From NCBI RefSeq assembly GCF_000008645.1, contig NC_000916.1, forward strand, positions 1,650,001 to 1,682,000: a DNA stretch of 32,000 nucleotides, written 5' to 3'. The DNA comes from Methanothermobacter thermautotrophicus str. Delta H (GTDB lineage: Archaea; Methanobacteriota; Methanobacteria; Methanobacteriales; Methanothermobacteraceae). A program made the translations under genes and the position numbers. Positions 27,059 through 32,000 of this stretch are shown here, piece after piece (position 1 is the stretch's first letter; each line of letters starts with the position of its first letter). The notes below the pieces were generated by a model that had not been told where the DNA came from, searched no databases, and saw only the letters and a program-made list of their open reading frames with translations.

Positions 27059-28167
27059 TGAACGTAATGGAGCTTCCAATCACCAAACCATCAAAGATAT
27101 CCTACGGTGATGAAATAGACTTCACGGAACTTCTTGAAAGACTCGCCAGGGATGAATACAACGGCTTCATAAGGGTTACGCATGCATCGGATGAGGGTTA
27201 CATCCTTTTCAGGGACGGATCACATGTCGCAGCATCCTACGGACGTTTCATGAAGGGGGAAGCTCTTGATAGGATAATGGAGGTGGCTGATAAAACAGAC
27301 ACCCTAATAGAACTGTTTGATCTTAAAAGGTCACAGCTGGACTATCTCATGGATATAAACAAGATCTATAGAATCGAGGAGACTGCGGCTGAGATAACTG
27401 AAATGCCCGAGGTTGAGGAGGAGTCCTACTTCAACCCCAAGGAGGCAAGCTACAGGCAGCCAGTAACTCCCCGGGAACCTGTAACTGAAAATGAGGAAGA
27501 TGTTAAGGTCAGTGAAGCGGCTCCTGATTCAACAGGAGATGTTTCTGGCGAGGCTGATCAGGGAGTGACTTCAGGTATGGATGTGGCGGTTGAGGGTGAT
27601 GAAGGAACATCTGAATTAACAGATGATAGTTCTGAGGAGACCTCTCAGGAGGAAGCAGCGGTAACAGAATATACTGAAGTTCCACAGGCTTCTGAAGTCT
27701 CTTCCACTGAGGTCACCGTCCAGGAATCTGAAGATGAGTCTGAAGAGACCCGGAAACCCCTCAGCAGGGATGAACTCATGAAAAAATATGGTCTCAAGGA
27801 TATCGGTGAAGAAGAGGTTGAAAGGGTTCTTGAGACATACAAAGGGGGTGCAATTACAGATATAGACCCTGAGAGGGTTGAACTCACCCTGATGAATAAG
27901 ATAAAGATGTCAATACTTGGAATACCCAAAATAAAGGGTGCTGAGGTCATAGTATTCCTTGACAATGCCTATGACCTCAGTGGGAAGATAAAGATAATGG
28001 TTGAACATGAGGGTAAGGGACTGTTCTCTAGGATAATGGGGGACTCCAAGGAGGAGGACAAACTCAAGTTCCACATAATGGACATCGTCGAGATGGAGCT
28101 CAGGAAGACCTTCAGGGATTTCCCTGAGATTGTGGATAACTTTGAGGTGAGTATTGAGATACGCTGA
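27058..28167 (+). CDS. DUF2226-like protein with N-terminal domain, acidic linker and C-terminal domain
   Basis: The N-terminal ELLERLARDEYNGFIRVTHASDEGYILFRDGSHVAASYG resembles DUF2226. Residues ~125-240 are Glu/Ser/Thr rich, followed by a folded C-terminal region. The start overlaps the sepF stop by 1 nt (GTG 27058) or is ATG 27067. Confidence 0.72.
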   Translation: MNVMELPITKPSKISYGDEIDFTELLERLARDEYNGFIRVTHASDEGYILFRDGSHVAASYGRFMKGEALDRIMEVADKTDTLIELFDLKRSQLDYLMDINKIYRIEETAAEITEMPEVEEESYFNPKEASYRQPVTPREPVTENEEDVKVSEAAPDSTGDVSGEADQGVTSGMDVAVEGDEGTSELTDDSSEETSQEEAAVTEYTEVPQASEVSSTEVTVQESEDESEETRKPLSRDELMKKYGLKDIGEEEVERVLETYKGGAITDIDPERVELTLMNKIKMSILGIPKIKGAEVIVFLDNAYDLSGKIKIMVEHEGKGLFSRIMGDSKEEDKLKFHIMDIVEMELRKTFRDFPEIVDNFEVSIEIR

Positions 28168-28213
28168 TCAGATAAGGTCAACTGTTGCCCGGATCGGATA
28201 TCCTGTCCAGAAC

Positions 28214-28296
28214 TAACAATATTTTTATACCGGACTTACATGTCTTTAAAGTAGGGTAATTAAAAAGGCGACGTGTGTAACAATATTTATATCGGA
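28214..28296 (+). promoter_or_regulatory. Tandem near-identical promoter-like elements upstream of minD
   Basis: taacaatatttttataccgga (28214-28234) and taacaatatttatatcgga (28278-28296), followed by CTGGAGGT SD and ATG 28326. Confidence 0.6.
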
Positions 28297-28325
28297 ATGA
28301 CTGATTATTATCTGGAGGTATTGGA

Positions 28326-29105
28326 ATGACAAGAGTGATTACAGTTGCATCCGGTAAGGGAGGTGTGGGGAAGACAACCATCACTGCAAACCTGGGTGTT
28401 GCGCTCTCAACCTACGGTGAAAGGGTTGTCGTACTTGACGCTGATATAGCAATGGCAAACCTTGAATTAATCCTTGGGATGGAGGGAAAATCCGTTACAC
28501 TGCATGATGTCCTTGCGGGTAATGCTTCAATCGAGGATGCTGTTTATGAGGGACCAAACGGTGTTAGGGTCGTCCCGGCAGGTATATCCCTTGAGGGTCT
28601 GAGGAATGTTAAGCTGGACCGTCTGGAGGATGCCCTGGCCTACCTTATAGAGGATACTGACATACTTCTCATAGACGCCCCTGCAGGGCTTGAAAAGGAC
28701 GCTGTCGCAGCCCTTGCAGCTGCGGATGAACTTCTGCTTGTCACAACACCTGAGGTGCCCTCAATAAGCGATGCCCTCAAGACAAAGATTGTTGCAAGTA
28801 AACTGGATATAAACATAATAGGTGTTGTTATAAACCGTGAACAGTACGATAAAACCTTCCTGAGTGTTGAGGAGGTTGAAACAATACTCGAGGTCCCTGT
28901 AATTGCAGTTATACCGGACGACCCCGAGGTAAGCCGTGCAGCCGCCTTTGGCGAGCCGATAGTCATTAAGAATCCAAAGTCACCGGCAAGTAACGCCCTC
29001 ATGGAGCTTGCAGCAGACCTCATTGGCGAGGAATACCAGCCAATTGAGCCTGACAAGCAGGGAGTTATTGCGAAACTCATAAGCGGTTTAATGGGGCGGA
29101 GATGA
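28326..29105 (+). CDS. minD: MinD/ParA-family septum-site/positioning ATPase
   Basis: Deviant Walker [61 protein letters not shown]. Confidence 0.9.
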   Translation: MTRVITVASGKGGVGKTTITANLGVALSTYGERVVVLDADIAMANLELILGMEGKSVTLHDVLAGNASIEDAVYEGPNGVRVVPAGISLEGLRNVKLDRLEDALAYLIEDTDILLIDAPAGLEKDAVAALAAADELLLVTTPEVPSISDALKTKIVASKLDINIIGVVINREQYDKTFLSVEEVETILEVPVIAVIPDDPEVSRAAAFGEPIVIKNPKSPASNALMELAADLIGEEYQPIEPDKQGVIAKLISGLMGRR

Positions 29106-29125
29106 TCACCCCCCGGTGATTTATT

Positions 29126-29962
29126 TTGATGCGTGTTGTCAGTGTCGGGACCTGTAACATGGACTTTATCTTCAGGGTGCAGGAGTTTGTTGAACCTGAC
29201 TCTGAGATGTACATAGATGATATCCACATCCTTCCAGGGGGTTCCGCCCTCAACTTCGCTGTCTGGATCTCAGCCCTTGGTTTCAGTTCAGACATCGTGG
29301 CTGCCACCGGCGGAGACATGTATGGGGAAATAATAAGATCCAGACTGGAATCAGAGGGTGTATCCACAGGGTGTCTTTCTGTGGTTGAAAAACCTACAGG
29401 CATGGCCTTCATATCAGTTGATGGCTCAGGCAGAAGGTCAATATATTCATATATGGGGGCCAATGCAGAACTTGAGATCGGAACACCTGAGGGGCGGTGT
29501 ATCAGGGCTGCAGATGCTGTTCATCTTAGCGGCTGCTACGTTGAAGTTGCACAGAGGGTTGCTGAAATCAGGGAGGTTTACTTCAGTCCAGGCCGCCTTC
29601 TGGCAGGCTATGGCCTCGATGTCCTTGAACCGGTACTCAGGAAAACGGAGGTCCTCTTTCTGAATGATGATGAACTTGAGATTCTCACGGGGTCCCGTAA
29701 ATCAGGGATTTCCAGGTTACTGGGTGTCGGTGTTGATTATGTTGTTGTAACCCATGGACCAGGGGGCGCGTCCTTCTTCTCAGCTGACCATTCCCTGGAG
29801 ATGAAGGTTGAGGATGCTGGAGCCATCGACACAACCGGTGCAGGCGATGCCTTTGCAGCGGGTTTCATGTCAGAATGGCTCAGGGGATATGAGCCATTAG
29901 AATGTCTCAGGGGAGGTCACAGGGCAGCCCTTAAGGTGATTTCAAGGTTTGGGGCTTTTTAA
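29126..29962 (+). CDS. PfkB-family carbohydrate/nucleoside kinase
   Basis: GTCNMDFIFRVQEF, LPGGSALNFAVWISALG, VTHGPGGASFF, IDTTGAGDAFAAGFMS. Confidence 0.92.
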   Translation: MMRVVSVGTCNMDFIFRVQEFVEPDSEMYIDDIHILPGGSALNFAVWISALGFSSDIVAATGGDMYGEIIRSRLESEGVSTGCLSVVEKPTGMAFISVDGSGRRSIYSYMGANAELEIGTPEGRCIRAADAVHLSGCYVEVAQRVAEIREVYFSPGRLLAGYGLDVLEPVLRKTEVLFLNDDELEILTGSRKSGISRLLGVGVDYVVVTHGPGGASFFSADHSLEMKVEDAGAIDTTGAGDAFAAGFMSEWLRGYEPLECLRGGHRAALKVISRFGAF

Positions 29963-29980
29963 TGTCTTTTGAGTTTCGGA

Positions 29981-30739
29981 TTAGTTAATTTTGATGAGGT
30001 CTCTGATGTTATCCCGGGACACCCTCCTTATCTCTCTTCTCCCGAAGCCCTCCATCCTCATCCGGTGAACTGTCCTTGGAACAGAAAGGGGATCTGATGG
30101 TGCAGAGCTCATGTCACTGTTTATGACAAATCTTTCGGTCCCGTATTCCCTGAGAATTTCTACTGCTTCAGCAGGAGTGAGCTTCTCCGGCTGCACGGTG
30201 AGGCCAAGGATACATTCAGTTTCAATCAGATGAGGGAGCACATCCATGTTAACATGCTCAATCACGGCCCTCCTCTCATCAATGTTCTCTCCAACAAGAT
30301 CTACTATCAGTGGGGTTATCTCGGCCTTTCTGGTGCGCGGGGTGTGCACAATTACAGGGAATCCCAGCTCATCTGCCATCTGCATCTGCTCTATGAAGAC
30401 CTCTTTTTCAATTTCTGACCCCGAGTCAAGGCCTATTTCACCCACAGCAACAACAGATGAATCCTTAAGGAGAGCTGGAAGTTCTTCAAGGACCCTCCCA
30501 TGATCAGGGGGTATGGCCCTCGGGTGCATCCCCAGTGCCAGGTGCAGTCTGAGGCCTTTACGTGAGGCCCTCCCCGGCTCAACCATGAGAACTCTCCTCA
30601 GGTGTGCAAGGATTACATCTGCTGATAGGGCCTCAAGAGGGTCATGGGCACATGCGATGGCTTCTTCAACACCACTCACAGCCATCAACTCAAAATCCTC
30701 GATGGGTCTAGTGTCTGCATGTATATGACTGTCTATCAG
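29981..30739 (-). CDS. TatD/amidohydrolase-like metal-dependent hydrolase; probable CTG start at 30739 (track lists 30688)
   Basis: In-frame upstream codons encode LIDSHIHADTRPIEDFE, supplying the HxH metal motif, then MAVSG..., ALGMHPRAIPPD, AVGEIGLDSGS, PVIVHTPR, VIEHV, VINSDMSS. Confidence 0.78.
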   Translation of the reverse strand: MIDSHIHADTRPIEDFELMAVSGVEEAIACAHDPLEALSADVILAHLRRVLMVEPGRASRKGLRLHLALGMHPRAIPPDHGRVLEELPALLKDSSVVAVGEIGLDSGSEIEKEVFIEQMQMADELGFPVIVHTPRTRKAEITPLIVDLVGENIDERRAVIEHVNMDVLPHLIETECILGLTVQPEKLTPAEAVEILREYGTERFVINSDMSSAPSDPLSVPRTVHRMRMEGFGRREIRRVSRDNIRDLIKIN

Positions 30740-30816
30740 TTCAACTCCTCCCTTTTCATTCTATCAAAATATTTAACCCTGAAGGATATAAGTGTAGTGA
30801 GAGGAGTGGTGTATGC

Positions 30817-31671
30817 ATGCATGGCGAGATACTCACTGATGTATATGAATATCTTTATGATGACCTTCAGTTCATCCTTAAATCAGCGGCAAGGTTCCGG
30901 ATAATAGCTTCTCTTCTGGAATCACCGAAAACCTTTGATGAGATAAGGGGGGATGTTAGGGTCAGCCTGCCAGCACTCTACAGTAACCTAAGGCTGCTTA
31001 TGGATGAGGGTTCAGTCAGGTTGAGGGGGGACCGTTACAGCCTCACCCCTGAGATGAAACTCATGGGACTCTCTGCACTGAAGCTGTTTGATTCTGTGAG
31101 GGTTATAAATGGCCTTGAGGATATATGGCTTGACCATGATATAAGCGGGATCCCTCAGGAACTCCTTGAGGATATTGACTGGCTCATCAATTCAGAACTC
31201 ATAGTGGCATCACCTGCAGATATATACAGGCCCCATAACACATACAGGGAACTTATAGGGGGCTCCAGTGAGATATACGGTGTTTCACCCATATCCCACA
31301 GGGACCTCATCGATATATATGAGGGGTTCCTTGAGGAGGGTGTACCCATCGAACTCGTTCTGAGTGACGGTGTTATAAGGGAAATGGTTTTAAATGCAAG
31401 CTTCAGTCTTTTAAGGACATCCATTAAAAACAGAAACCTGAGGGTAAGACGTTTTGAAGGTGATCTGAGGGTTGCCTTCACAGTAACCGATAAGTTCCTG
31501 TCACTGGGCCTCTTTGATAGGAACGGGTTTTATGACCAGAACAGGGATATCATGAGCACCGATGCCAGGGCCATTGAGTGGGGCCTCCGGCTTTATGAGC
31601 ACTACCGTGAAAGATCAGAAAAGCTTGGACTCAGGAACCTTACGAAGATAATGCTTTCAACAGGGAACTAG
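30817..31671 (+). CDS. HTH (ArsR-like) transcriptional regulator with C-terminal FilR1/DUF1724-like domain
   Basis: RFRIIASLLESPKTFDEIRGDVRVSLPALYSNLRLLMDEGSV wHTH, then GVSPISHRDLIDIYEGFLEEGVPIELVLSDGVI...AIEWGLRLYEHYRERSEKL. Confidence 0.8.
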   Translation: MHGEILTDVYEYLYDDLQFILKSAARFRIIASLLESPKTFDEIRGDVRVSLPALYSNLRLLMDEGSVRLRGDRYSLTPEMKLMGLSALKLFDSVRVINGLEDIWLDHDISGIPQELLEDIDWLINSELIVASPADIYRPHNTYRELIGGSSEIYGVSPISHRDLIDIYEGFLEEGVPIELVLSDGVIREMVLNASFSLLRTSIKNRNLRVRRFEGDLRVAFTVTDKFLSLGLFDRNGFYDQNRDIMSTDARAIEWGLRLYEHYRERSEKLGLRNLTKIMLSTGN

Positions 31672-31691
31672 CTGATCTGGAGGGAACCGGA

Positions 31692-32000
31692 ATGAAATTT
31701 AAACTGTTATCACCACGTGATGAAGGTGATTTTCAGAATCTCCTTGCTGACATCAGATTTCTGGCCGGCTCACGGGTCAGGTCAAAGATTATATTTGCAC
31801 TGATGGACGGTGAAAGGTCCATTTCTGATATCAGGAAGAGTATGATGGCTCCAGATTCAACCATAACCCATTCCTTAATGGAATTAGAATCAAAAAGGCT
31901 GGTTGAGAGGAGTCAGGATTCCTGCAGATTGACTTCAAAAGGGAAACTTATGGGCGCGGTCCTTTCGAGGTTCATAGCTTCACTGGATGCAGTCAGACTT
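31692..32000 (+). CDS. Second HTH transcriptional regulator of the same type, truncated at window end
   Basis: Manual translation from ATG 31692: MKFKLLSPRDEGDFQNLLADIRFLAGSRVRSKIIFALMDGERSISDIRKSMMAPDSTITHSLMELESKRLVERSQDSCRLTSKGKLMGAVLSRFIASLDAVRL. Missing from the ORF track because it runs off the end. Confidence 0.78.
   Translation, partial: MKFKLLSPRDEGDFQNLLADIRFLAGSRVRSKIIFALMDGERSISDIRKSMMAPDSTITHSLMELESKRLVERSQDSCRLTSKGKLMGAVLSRFIASLDAVRL

Noticed and set aside
27645-27965. 106-aa Ser/Thr-rich minus-strand ORF
   Set aside because: Shadow of the E/S/T-rich linker of the DUF2226-like gene.
28640-29463. Minus-strand ORFs 28640..29227 and 29077..29463
   Set aside because: Antisense to minD and the PfkB gene, both of which have strong motifs. 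No independent evidence for these frames.
1-32000. Possible defence island or mobile element
   Set aside because: The gene set is housekeeping and envelope/division related, with no integrase, transposase, toxin-antitoxin, restriction, Cas or phage structural genes found. NucS and MoxR-VWA alone are not sufficient evidence.

Overview
This 32 kb window looks like ordinary chromosome from a thermophilic pseudomurein methanogen, most likely Methanothermobacter. That assignment rests on gene content, AGGAGGTGAT-like Shine-Dalgarno sites, frequent TTG/GTG starts and BRE/TATA-like promoters. I see no rRNA, tRNA, CRISPR array, transposase or phage module. The window holds 34 protein-coding genes I can support, tightly packed on both strands. 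The main blocks are: (a) a carotenoid locus, crtI - crtB - UbiA prenyltransferase, convergent with a CruF-like gene; (b) nitrilase and MntP; (c) a proteolysis/chaperone/repair block of HtrA-like protease, MoxR, CoxE/VWA, NucS and HtpX-like protease; (d) ferredoxin plus a MetX-like acyltransferase; (e) small proteins, a HIT protein and a ferritin-like protein; (f) a secreted beta-helix surface protein; (g) DUF362, NadA, a Roadblock-like linker protein, a sortase-like protein, MscS, RNase Z and NadC; (h) a small protein resembling a histone fold with a C-terminal coiled coil; (i) ZPR1, 2-phosphoglycerate kinase and Roadblock/LC7; (j) DUF1611 - SepF-like - DUF2226-like - MinD/ParA ATPase, a candidate cell-division or positioning module; (k) PfkB kinase, a TatD-like hydrolase with an apparent CTG start, and two tandem HTH regulators. 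The most interesting items are the SepF/MinD/Roadblock neighbourhood, the histone-like coiled-coil protein, the C50-type carotenoid gene set in a methanogen, the sortase-like protein with no obvious catalytic Arg, and duplicated promoter-like elements spaced about 61-65 bp apart. All family calls come from reading motifs by eye, with no database search.
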